DNA of 64,000 nucleotides, from positions 5,738 to 69,737 of the forward strand of contig JALUUH010000227.1 of the NCBI GenBank assembly GCA_027021445.1, given 5' to 3'. Every line of letters starts with the position of its first letter. The first letter of the stretch is position 1. Shown here piece after piece: positions 14,110 to 22,683 of this stretch. Under the pieces are notes generated by a model. It did no database searches. It had not been told where the DNA came from and was given only the letters and a program-made list of their open reading frames with translations. The position numbers and the translations under genes are program-made. This stretch comes from Gammaproteobacteria bacterium (GTDB lineage: Bacteria; Pseudomonadota; Gammaproteobacteria; S012-40).

Positions 14110-16239
14110 TCACTGTTGTGCATAGACGTCAGCTTGCACACATTTTAAGATATTGTAATCGTACTCTTGATTCAAACTTTCATACAAAGACTTTAAAAAT
14201 CCTTTTTCAGAACCATCACTCATCTCTATTGCGTACACTATTTCAGCATATTCTTTCTCTTCGAGTGAGACCACATCACGCGCATCTAATAACCCTTCTT
14301 TAATGGCGGCAGCAAAATGTGCATAAACAGTTGCAATAGATAAATTTCTTTGTGCCATGATTTCCTCAATCGATTTATTCTGCGCATAAAGAAAAAGAGT
14401 TTCATTAACAGTGTCACTTAATTGATTGCTAAATATTTCCGGTAAGCAACATTCTTTAACAACTGCGAGTATAGACTCACCATATTTAGCCAGTTTGTGT
14501 TCACCGATACCCGAAATATAACGAAGTTGATCCGCTGATTCCGGCCTTTTTTGGGTAATTTCGACCAAGGTATTATCATTAAAAATAATGTAAGGAGGAA
14601 CCCCAAGTTCCTTAGATACTTTGAGTCGATAAGACCGCAGAGCGTCGAATAAAGGCTTGTCTATAGACTTTATTTCTTTGCTAGATGACTGCTTATCTTC
14701 AGCAGTCTTAGTTGATTGCAGCGATTTTCTCAGCTGTAGCGATATCTCGCCACGTAACAAGGGGCGCGCTTTTTCAGTAAGACATAAAGCGCCATAGCTG
14801 TCCTTTTTTATATCAAGAAAACCAAGTGATATTAGCTGCCGAAATACACTTGACCATTCCGTGGTAGAAAGCATTTTACCGATGCCATAAGTAGGAAGCC
14901 GATCATGTCCATAACTTTTTATTCGTTTATCATCTCCAGCACATAAGACATCAACAATATATTTTACCCCAAACTGCTGGCCTGTACGGTAAACACAAGA
15001 CAGCGCTTTTTGCGCAGCCTCGAGACCATCCCAAGATTCAGGCGGGTTCAAGCAGTTTTCACAATTGCCGCAGGGTTTAGTATAAACTTCATCAAAATAT
15101 TCAAGCAAAGCTATTCGATGACAACTGGTAAGCTCGGTAAAACCCAGCATGGTTTCGAGCTTATGTTGAGAAACATGTTTATATTGAACATTGGCATCAC
15201 TGTCTTGCAACATTTGTCGCAATAAAATGACATCCTGCAAACCATACGACAACCAAGCATTTGCTGGATTTCCATCACGACCCGCCCTACCCGTTTCTTG
15301 ATAATAGGCCTCAATACTCTTAGGCAAATTTAAATGCGCCACAAATCTTACATTGGGCTTATCGATACCCATGCCAAATGCAATCGTTGCCACAATAATG
15401 ACAGACTCTTCTCGCAGAAAGCGTTTTTGATTACGTTCTCTCAATTCATTCGACAACCCCGCATGATAAGGTAAGGCAATACGTCCTTTGCTACTTAACC
15501 AAGCGGCAACACTTTCTACTTTTTTTCGCGATAAACAGTAAACAATACCCGCGTCATTCGGATGTTGTTGTTTGATAAATCGCCATAGCGCATCGCGGCT
15601 ATTTTGTCTTTCTTTAATACTGTATCGAATATTAGGACGGTCAAAGCTGCTAACAAATACTTTAGCTTGCTGCAAACCAAGCTGAGTAATAATCTCTTGC
15701 TGAGTTCGTTTATCTGCGGTTGCTGTGAGCGCAATCCGCGGAACATCGGGAAACCGTTGGTGTAAGATACCCAGCTTTTGATATTCTTTTCTAAAATCAT
15801 GTCCCCAATGGGATACGCAATGTGCTTCATCTATCGCAAAAAGCGCAATATCTGCATTATCGAGTAGATTAAGACAACGTGCGGTCGTTAGTCTTTCCGG
15901 GGCTACGTAGACAACATCAATTTCACCCGAAATGATATTTCGTTCAATCTCTTGTTGTTGGACTTGGGTCTGGGTAGAATTTAGAAATCCGGCTTTTATA
16001 CCGAGTTGCAACAAACTATCGACTTGGTCTTGCATCAACGCAATCAACGGAGAAACCACAATCCCAACACCGCTACGTAACATCGCCGGAATCTGATAAC
16101 ACAAGGATTTACCACCGCCGGTAGGCATTAATACAAACGCATCATCACCACAGAGTATGGTATTAATAACTTCTTCTTGTTGATGACGAAACGCATCATA
16201 TCCAAATGTTGCCTTTAATACTGAATGCGTATCTATCAT
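14110..16239 (-). CDS. recQ: ATP-dependent DNA helicase RecQ with an extra C-terminal domain
   Basis: Has VLMPTGGGKSLCYQ, the DEAH box (IDEAHCVSHWGHDFR), a Zn-binding CGNCENC and an HRDC region. I moved the start to MIDTHSVLKATFGYDAF (16239), because the longer ORF-track start would run through the fkpA terminator hairpin. Confidence 0.93.
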   Translation of the reverse strand: MIDTHSVLKATFGYDAFRHQQEEVINTILCGDDAFVLMPTGGGKSLCYQIPAMLRSGVGIVVSPLIALMQDQVDSLLQLGIKAGFLNSTQTQVQQQEIERNIISGEIDVVYVAPERLTTARCLNLLDNADIALFAIDEAHCVSHWGHDFRKEYQKLGILHQRFPDVPRIALTATADKRTQQEIITQLGLQQAKVFVSSFDRPNIRYSIKERQNSRDALWRFIKQQHPNDAGIVYCLSRKKVESVAAWLSSKGRIALPYHAGLSNELRERNQKRFLREESVIIVATIAFGMGIDKPNVRFVAHLNLPKSIEAYYQETGRAGRDGNPANAWLSYGLQDVILLRQMLQDSDANVQYKHVSQHKLETMLGFTELTSCHRIALLEYFDEVYTKPCGNCENCLNPPESWDGLEAAQKALSCVYRTGQQFGVKYIVDVLCAGDDKRIKSYGHDRLPTYGIGKMLSTTEWSSVFRQLISLGFLDIKKDSYGALCLTEKARPLLRGEISLQLRKSLQSTKTAEDKQSSSKEIKSIDKPLFDALRSYRLKVSKELGVPPYIIFNDNTLVEITQKRPESADQLRYISGIGEHKLAKYGESILAVVKECCLPEIFSNQLSDTVNETLFLYAQNKSIEEIMAQRNLSIATVYAHFAAAIKEGLLDARDVVSLEEKEYAEIVYAIEMSDGSEKGFLKSLYESLNQEYDYNILKCVQADVYAQQ

Positions 16240-16251
16240 AGTCAACAAACT

Positions 16252-16282
16252 AAAAAAGGCCAGGGCTGGGCCCTGGCCTTTT
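16252..16282 (-). terminator. Rho-independent terminator downstream of fkpA
   Basis: The GGCCAGGGC-TGG-GCCCTGGCC stem-loop is flanked by A6 on one side and T4 on the other. Read on the minus strand, the stem is followed by TTTTTT. Confidence 0.7.
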
Positions 16283-16301
16283 ATTAACTTCATGAAACAA
16301 T

Positions 16302-16979
16302 TTATTTAATCTCTAAAAGCTCAATTTCGAAAATGAGGGTTTCGTTCGGACCAATATCTGCGCCCGCTCCACGTTCACCATAAGCCAACTCTGGTGGAAT
16401 AAAAACTTTCCATTTTGCCCCGGTTTTCATCAGTTGCAAGACTTCTTGCCATCCTTTAATAACACCATTTACCGGGAATGTAGCAGGCTCTCCGCGCTCC
16501 ACAGAGCTGTCAAAAACAGTTCCATTAATCAAAGTACCAGTGTAATGCGCCACAACACTATTGCTTGCAGAAGGACGTTTGCCCTTGCCTTCAGTAATAA
16601 TCCGATATTGTACACCGCTATCTAAGGTGATTATTCCTTTTTCATTTTTATTCTTAGCAAGAAACGCCTTGCCTTTTTTTGAGTTTTCACCGCTTGCAGC
16701 TTGTTGCATTTCCATTTGAGCCTTTTGTAGTTTCTGAAATACAGCAGTAATTTCGGCTTTACTTAACTGTGGTTTTTTATCAGCTAGCATGTCTTTTATC
16801 GCAACTACAAAAGTATCTGTATTAATATCAAATTTTCTTTGCTTAAAATCCTGACCAATCTGAACCCCTAATGCATAGCTTAGTTTTTCTTTATCAGTCG
16901 TCAATTTCAAATCTGCTGCGTTAACGGTATATGACAACACACTCAAGGCCGACAATGCCCATAGAGTTGTTTTTTTCAT
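16302..16979 (-). CDS. fkpA: Periplasmic FKBP-type peptidyl-prolyl isomerase (FkpA/Mip-like)
   Basis: Signal peptide MKKTTLWALSALSVLSYTVNA, an N-terminal helical dimerisation region, and a C-terminal FKBP domain (VVAHYTGTLINGTVFDSS...LIFEIELLEI). Confidence 0.9.
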   Translation of the reverse strand: MKKTTLWALSALSVLSYTVNAADLKLTTDKEKLSYALGVQIGQDFKQRKFDINTDTFVVAIKDMLADKKPQLSKAEITAVFQKLQKAQMEMQQAASGENSKKGKAFLAKNKNEKGIITLDSGVQYRIITEGKGKRPSASNSVVAHYTGTLINGTVFDSSVERGEPATFPVNGVIKGWQEVLQLMKTGAKWKVFIPPELAYGERGAGADIGPNETLIFEIELLEIK

Positions 16980-17079
16980 GAGAGTTCCCTTATGATTTCA
17001 GTAATGGATTGGTATTTCCTGAGATAGAAAGTAAAGTTAGATACTATCAGAAGTTTGCAAAGGTGATAAGTATTATATT

Positions 17080-17988
17080 TTAAGTGGCTACTACGCGTGC
17101 TTGTTTTTTAAGCTTTGCATTTTCGCCTCTTGGCGTGGCGACAAATGCATTGATAGTGGATTTAAACTCATCACTCGTTTGCTCTACGACTTCTTGTATC
17201 TGCTCACTGCTTAGACCGGTGGTTTCTAACGCTGCTGCATGGATAGAATCGTCTTCATAAACAACCGAACCTGATAACCCCGCTTTCCCTGCTTCAACAT
17301 TCGCAATATGAATAATAGAAGTTTCTAATCTATCAACCTTGAGTTTTTCTATTTGATTTCGATTTTTGACTATTGTTTGAAAACTTGTAGGCAGCTTCCA
17401 TTTTCTTAATAAAGCAGCACCCACATCCATTGAATTCATATCGAATATGATATTTTGCGAGACCGTGAAATCTTCATGTTTTTCCGCCAAATTTCGATTG
17501 ACCATAATGCCAAATAAATCCGGTGACTTAGTGCTTAAAACGAGATGGCCAATATCATGCAGCAAACCTGCGAGAAACAATCGTTCTTTATGTAGAATTT
17601 TAACAGTTGCTTTTTTTGCCAAATTTCGCGCTATCATTCCCACAAAAACACCATGCTTCCAAAATGCTTGCAGATTGAAATAATCATTAGGCATGCTTGA
17701 GTTTTTATTAATGATTGCAACACAGGTCACTAAATCTTTGATATCACGAGTACCAATAACGGCTACTGCTCTGTCTATGGTGTCAATTCGAGAAGGAAAC
17801 CCATAAAAAGGACTATTGGCAATACGCAATAACTGAGTAGAAAGTGAAGGGTCTCGCGATATAAGCTCAGCAATTTCCAGCGCGGATGAATAGGGGTTTT
17901 CAATAAGTTCGTCAATTTGCAGACATATATCGGGCAAGGCTTCTAGGTATTCAATATTTCCCACATACATATCCGGTGTATAATTCAT
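17080..17988 (-). CDS. HDOD domain signalling protein
   Basis: 302 aa with LPDICLQIDELIENP...AELISRDPSLSTQLLRIANSPFYG and LLHDIGHLVL, typical of HDOD. Confidence 0.85.
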   Translation of the reverse strand: MNYTPDMYVGNIEYLEALPDICLQIDELIENPYSSALEIAELISRDPSLSTQLLRIANSPFYGFPSRIDTIDRAVAVIGTRDIKDLVTCVAIINKNSSMPNDYFNLQAFWKHGVFVGMIARNLAKKATVKILHKERLFLAGLLHDIGHLVLSTKSPDLFGIMVNRNLAEKHEDFTVSQNIIFDMNSMDVGAALLRKWKLPTSFQTIVKNRNQIEKLKVDRLETSIIHIANVEAGKAGLSGSVVYEDDSIHAAALETTGLSSEQIQEVVEQTSDEFKSTINAFVATPRGENAKLKKQARVVAT

Positions 17989-18161
17989 ACAAAAACTCCA
18001 TTTTCATAATGTGAAAATAAAAAATAACAAGCAATGTATCGAGCAGAAAAAGCCAAGCTTGAGCGTAGGAACTCATTAAGGCTCCTGGGGAATTACATCT
18101 TCAAATCATTCTCGATCAGTTCCAAAAGCAAATATGGAACCAGGTAAGGAAACTTGGAAAT

Positions 18162-18179
18162 CTAGGAGCCTGTCCGAAA
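18162..18179. repeat. Solo left TIR of the MITE-like family (a second degenerate end lies at 18078-18088)
   Basis: CTAGGAGCCTGTCCGAAA; AAGGCTCCTGG lies 75 bp upstream. Confidence 0.5.
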
Positions 18180-18299
18180 TTCCGCATTTGAGACCTATGT
18201 CTCAGATTGTATTTTTAATAGCCGTGTCATGACTTAAACTATTAATTAATTCAGTATATAAGCCGCTATTGTGGTTAACTAAAAGACTTTTGGAGAATA

Positions 18300-18578
18300 A
18301 TGGATATTCAAAGCTCAGCCCTCACCAGTAGTATTGTCGGTCTAAAACGTGGCATGGAGAATGTGCGTAAAGACGCGCAAGATATTGCAAACACGGGAAC
18401 CGCACTATTGTCCAGCACCCAAACACTTGCTGAATATTCACCAGGTAAATCACCTGGCAAATCAATGGGTGAAGGTTTAGTAAACCTGATAGTCGATACT
18501 CATCAAGTAGAAGCTTCAGCAAAAGTCATGCAAACAGAAAATGAACTGATTGGGTCACTGCTTAATGAAATGGCTTAA
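18300..18578 (+). CDS. Small protein with flagellar-rod-like N- and C-terminal helices only
   Basis: The N-terminus SSALTSSIVGL...AQDIANTGT resembles the Flg_bb_rod signature. The C-terminus LVNLIVDTHQVEASAKVMQTENELIGSLLN resembles the rod C-terminal helix. There is no central domain. Confidence 0.5.
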   Translation: MDIQSSALTSSIVGLKRGMENVRKDAQDIANTGTALLSSTQTLAEYSPGKSPGKSMGEGLVNLIVDTHQVEASAKVMQTENELIGSLLNEMA

Positions 18579-18594
18579 TAGAGGCAATTAACCT

Positions 18595-19365
18595 ATGGCT
18601 ATCGGTGAAATATCTTCAAATCATCTTTATACGAGTCAACAAAATACTGACACCACCAATGCATATCAACAACAAGTAGAACAAGACCGTGCAACGGCTG
18701 CTGGGGTGAATAAACCGGTTGAATCCACCAACCAGCAAAATGCTGGCTTACAATCTTCCTCGCAAAATACAACCCAAGAAAAAGAAAATATTACCCGTAC
18801 TCAGTCTAATACCAAGCCAGATGATAGCGAAAAAGTTTCCATTTCAGCCAACGCAAACATTGAGTTATCTGAGGAAGAAATGCGAGAAGTGAGAGCATTA
18901 AACATCAGAGACAGGGAGGTTCGTAGTCATGAGGCAGCACACTCAGCTGCAGCGGGAGCCTACGCCCAAGGCGGACCTACTTACACATTCCAGCGTGGCC
19001 CCGATGGCAAGTCCTATGCAACGGGCGGGGAAGTCAAAATAGACACTTCAGCTATCCCTGGAGATCCCGAAGCCACTGTTCGCAAAGCCCAACAAATAAA
19101 AGCATCTGCACTTGCACCTGCAGAACCTTCACCTCAAGATCGCTCTGTCGCCGCTTCTGCTACCCAATTAATCGCTGCGGCTCGACAAGCATCAGCCACC
19201 GAACGATTAGATGCGATTAATGAAACAAGGGACGAAGCGACAACTCAATCAAATGCGGAAAACAAAGAATCTCAACCCGCCTCAAATACCTATGCGGAAG
19301 TAGCTCGTTTTAAAGACAGTCCTGAGGCAAATACCGTTACAAACAATATAGACCTGGTTATTTAA
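18595..19365 (+). CDS. SprA-related / putative HExxH metalloprotease family protein
   Basis: Q/N/T-rich N-terminus, then REVRSHEAAHSAAAG (HExxH) and GGPTYTFQRGPDGKSYATGGEVKIDTS. Lies 16 nt after the preceding ORF. Confidence 0.65.
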   Translation: MAIGEISSNHLYTSQQNTDTTNAYQQQVEQDRATAAGVNKPVESTNQQNAGLQSSSQNTTQEKENITRTQSNTKPDDSEKVSISANANIELSEEEMREVRALNIRDREVRSHEAAHSAAAGAYAQGGPTYTFQRGPDGKSYATGGEVKIDTSAIPGDPEATVRKAQQIKASALAPAEPSPQDRSVAASATQLIAAARQASATERLDAINETRDEATTQSNAENKESQPASNTYAEVARFKDSPEANTVTNNIDLVI

Positions 19366-19395
19366 AACCTACCCGTCCAAGAACAACGATTATCG

Positions 19396-19430
19396 CGCAC
19401 GCTCTCGCACATCCCTGTGCTTCGCTGCAT
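19396..19430. repeat. Small repeat family 2 (35 bp identical to 51007-51041)
   Basis: CGCACGCTCTCGCACATCCCTGTGCTTCGCTGCAT, with an internal GCACA-TCCC-TGTGC hairpin. An inverted, diverged copy is nested at 49259-49311. Confidence 0.8.
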
Positions 19431-19561
19431 AAGACCACCCTAATAAAATCCCACAAAAATCACTGCTTTAAATCTATTTTCATTCAAAGGTTTAGGTTTT
19501 GTGGCGTTAAGTACGCTAATATAGACAAGTTAAGCTTTTATCTGGTGCAAGCAAAGTCATT

Positions 19562-20068
19562 ATGAGCGTATATTCTACCGAAAAACTCGTTGCTGAAGCA
19601 CGTCGATTAGCGGCTGAATACCGTAAGGCGACAGGTAAACCTTTGGGCATTAGTAGCGAAATAGCTGAATTTGATGCCGCTAAATTACTCAATCTTGAGC
19701 TATGCAGAGAAAAAACAGGTACATATGATGCGATTGGCAAAGGCACTCGCGAAGGAAAACGGGTACAAATCAAAGGGCGTGCGATTTTTGATGAAAAAAA
19801 ATCGGGTCAACGCATCGGTCAGCTTAAACTTGAACAAGAATGGGATTCAATCATATTAGTCATAATGAATGAAAATTACGAACCCATTGAAATATTTGAA
19901 TGCGATAAAGATATTATTCTTGACGAGTCTGATAAAATCCCAAATAGTAAACGAAACAAGCGCGGAGCCATGTCCCTCGCTAAATTCAAAATTATATCAA
20001 ACCTAGTATGGACCCAAGAAGAAGGTAACATCAATGATGAAATTTGGGAAAATCAAGCGAGCAATTAA
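19562..20068 (+). CDS. Hypothetical protein, possible Mrr-cat / PD-(D/E)xK-like fold
   Basis: 168 aa. GTYDAIG-x9-KRVQIKGR resembles the D...QxK nuclease-core pattern. The stop lies 12 nt before the yoaA start. Confidence 0.6.
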   Translation: MSVYSTEKLVAEARRLAAEYRKATGKPLGISSEIAEFDAAKLLNLELCREKTGTYDAIGKGTREGKRVQIKGRAIFDEKKSGQRIGQLKLEQEWDSIILVIMNENYEPIEIFECDKDIILDESDKIPNSKRNKRGAMSLAKFKIISNLVWTQEEGNINDEIWENQASN

Positions 20069-20080
20069 AAATAGAGATTA

Positions 20081-22009
20081 ATGTCTTCCATTGATACCAT
20101 TTTCGGGGCTAAGGGAAAGCTCGCAGCTACGATTAATGCTTATGCTCCACGTATTGCGCAAATCGAAATGGCTAAAAAAATTGAACAAGGCCTGGAAAAA
20201 AACCAGTTGCTTATCGTCGAAGCAGGCACTGGCACAGGCAAAACCTTCGCCTATCTCGTGCCGGCTATTTTAGCTGGCCAAAAAGTACTTATCTCCACGG
20301 GCACTAAGCATTTGCAAGATCAAATATTTATTGATGATCTGCCCAAAATTCGCAACGTCATCGGCATGTCCGTAAACATTGCACTGCTGAAAGGCCGTGC
20401 TAATTATCTCTGCCATTTCAGATTACATAAAAATGCGGAAGAAGCACGACTCAGTTCACGTGAGCATGTCATTGCTTTTAACCAAATAATGGATTGGTCC
20501 CAACGCACTATAAAAGGGGACATTTCTGAGTTAGCAGATATTGCAGAAGGTTCTCCAGTCTGGCCCTTAGTGACTTCCAATGCGGATAATTGCCTGGGTT
20601 CAGACTGTCCGGATATAGACCGATGTTGTGTGGTAGAAGCGCGAAAAGAAGCGCAAAAAGCCGATATTGTAGTTATTAATCATCACTTATTTTTTGCTGA
20701 TCTTGCCTTACAGGAAGAAAGCATTAATGATCTACTACCCAGCTCAGATAGTATTATTTTTGACGAAGCCCATCATCTTCCCGAAATCGCGAGCCGCTTT
20801 TTTGGCAAAACGGTCAGTTTTCGCCAATTGCACGAACTAATCCATGATGTACTTGAAGCTATTGAAGACGAAGCTTCTGACTTATTGGCCACCGTAAAAA
20901 AGTATACGGATGAACTTTTGTTTTCATCTCAGCAAATTAGAATTTTACTGAAGAAACTCCCTAATCGTGGACCGTGGTTTGCGTTTAACCGCGAGCCAAA
21001 AATTGTAGAATCTATTTCAGAATGTCAGAAAAATCTCATCGATTTACAAAAATATCTAAAAAAGTTTTCTGAACGCGGAAAACAATTGGAATTATGCTCG
21101 ATTCGATGTGATAAAATAGTCTCTTTATTAAACGAAATGATTCAGATTAAATCCAATCAGATTCAATGGTACGAAACAACCGACCGAAATTTTTTTTTCC
21201 ATACAACGCCTTTAGATGTTGCAGACAAATTTAGAGAACCGATTGAAAAATTCAAATCAGTCGTACTTACCTCTGCTACATTATCAGTAGAAAACGATTT
21301 TAGTTATTTTGTATATCAATTAGGGCTTGAAAAAGCGATTTGTTATGCCTGGGATAGCCCATTTAACTATAGCAAAAACACCTTATTGTATTTTCCGAAA
21401 AAAATGCCAGACCCCTCATCGGATAACTTTGTATCCAAACTAATAAATCACGCATTAGAAATTCTTAGCTACAGCAAAGGTCGAGCTTTTTTATTATTCA
21501 CGAGTCATCGAAGCTTACAAGAAGCCGCCCACTTGTTAGAAAAGTCACCCTATCCTCTTTTTATCCAAGGCAGTAAGCCAAAACGTGTTTTACTCAATGA
21601 ATTTCGAAAAAGCGGAAATGGCGTTTTATTGGGTACCACGAGCTTTTGGGAAGGTGTTGATATTCGAGGTGATGCCTTATCATGTGTCATGATAGACAAA
21701 CTTCCATTTGCTTCGCCGGGTGATCCCGTTACTTCAGCGCGGCTCACTCATTTCAGAGAATCTGGTCTTGATCCGTTCAAAAGCTATCAACTACCGCAAG
21801 CTGTCATTTCGATGAAGCAAGGCGTAGGCAGACTTATCCGCGATTTCACCGACCGCGGTGTTATGGTAATATTCGACCCTAGAATTCAAAGCAGATTTTA
21901 TGGTAGAACTTTTTTACACAGCTTACCGCCCATGCCTATTACCCAAAATATAACGGATGTGCAAAACTTTTATGATCTCGAAGAGCCCATAGAAGCATCA
22001 GAAGCGTGA
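20081..22009 (+). CDS. yoaA: DinG-family ATP-dependent helicase YoaA
   Basis: Walker A EAGTGTGKTFAYL, DEAH box FDEAHHL, and a four-Cys Fe-S cluster region (C..NCLGSDCPDIDRC). 642 aa. Its stop overlaps the tsaB start (GTGA). Confidence 0.9.
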   Translation: MSSIDTIFGAKGKLAATINAYAPRIAQIEMAKKIEQGLEKNQLLIVEAGTGTGKTFAYLVPAILAGQKVLISTGTKHLQDQIFIDDLPKIRNVIGMSVNIALLKGRANYLCHFRLHKNAEEARLSSREHVIAFNQIMDWSQRTIKGDISELADIAEGSPVWPLVTSNADNCLGSDCPDIDRCCVVEARKEAQKADIVVINHHLFFADLALQEESINDLLPSSDSIIFDEAHHLPEIASRFFGKTVSFRQLHELIHDVLEAIEDEASDLLATVKKYTDELLFSSQQIRILLKKLPNRGPWFAFNREPKIVESISECQKNLIDLQKYLKKFSERGKQLELCSIRCDKIVSLLNEMIQIKSNQIQWYETTDRNFFFHTTPLDVADKFREPIEKFKSVVLTSATLSVENDFSYFVYQLGLEKAICYAWDSPFNYSKNTLLYFPKKMPDPSSDNFVSKLINHALEILSYSKGRAFLLFTSHRSLQEAAHLLEKSPYPLFIQGSKPKRVLLNEFRKSGNGVLLGTTSFWEGVDIRGDALSCVMIDKLPFASPGDPVTSARLTHFRESGLDPFKSYQLPQAVISMKQGVGRLIRDFTDRGVMVIFDPRIQSRFYGRTFLHSLPPMPITQNITDVQNFYDLEEPIEASEA

Positions 22010-22683
22010 AATTACTCGCTTTGGACACTTCGTCAGCTGCTTGCTCCGCAGCGCTAATGATAAACAATGAAGTTAAAACGCTTTTTGAAATAACACCGCG
22101 AGCTCATTCAGATTTAATTCTTTCAATGTGTGATAAGCTTCTACAAGAGGCTGAATTATTGCCCTCCCAACTTGATGGTATTGGATTCGGGCGTGGCCCT
22201 GGTTCTTTTACCGGGCTTAGAATTGCAGCCGGAGTTACTCAAGGCATTTCTTTTGCAGCGAATATTCCGGTTATTCCTGTTTCTTCATTAGCAGCTCTCG
22301 CGCAAAAAACACATTCAGATAGCCAAAAAAATAATATATTAGTGGCGGTAGACGCTAGAATGCAGGAAGTATATTGGGGACGTTTTCACTTTACCGAAGG
22401 CAAGCTGATGGGTTCTAAGGAAGGAATTTGTCACCCCGAAGCATTGCATGCTACTGATGAACATCAATGGTTCGCGGTGGGGGATGCCTGGAAAGTTTAC
22501 CACGATCAATTTGAGCAAAAACTTATTTCCAACATTATAGGTTTTAATACCTGTTCTTTACCTTGCGCAGAGAATATAGCATACTTGGCATTACAAGATT
22601 TAACCGACGGTAATACTTATCCACCCGAAAAAGCCATACCAGTCTACTTACGAAATAATGTTGCCAAAAAGTCTTCCCAATAA
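22006..22683 (+). CDS. tsaB: tRNA t6A37 biosynthesis protein TsaB (YeaZ)
   Basis: MKLLALDTSS...GRGPGSFTGLRIA, typical of TsaB. Confidence 0.9.
   Translation: MKLLALDTSSAACSAALMINNEVKTLFEITPRAHSDLILSMCDKLLQEAELLPSQLDGIGFGRGPGSFTGLRIAAGVTQGISFAANIPVIPVSSLAALAQKTHSDSQKNNILVAVDARMQEVYWGRFHFTEGKLMGSKEGICHPEALHATDEHQWFAVGDAWKVYHDQFEQKLISNIIGFNTCSLPCAENIAYLALQDLTDGNTYPPEKAIPVYLRNNVAKKSSQ

Noticed and set aside
16240-16293. N-terminal extension of RecQ given in the ORF track (MKLIKGQGPALAFFSLLT)
   Set aside because: These codons are the translation of the GC-rich fkpA terminator hairpin. The conserved RecQ N-terminus starts at the internal Met (16239).
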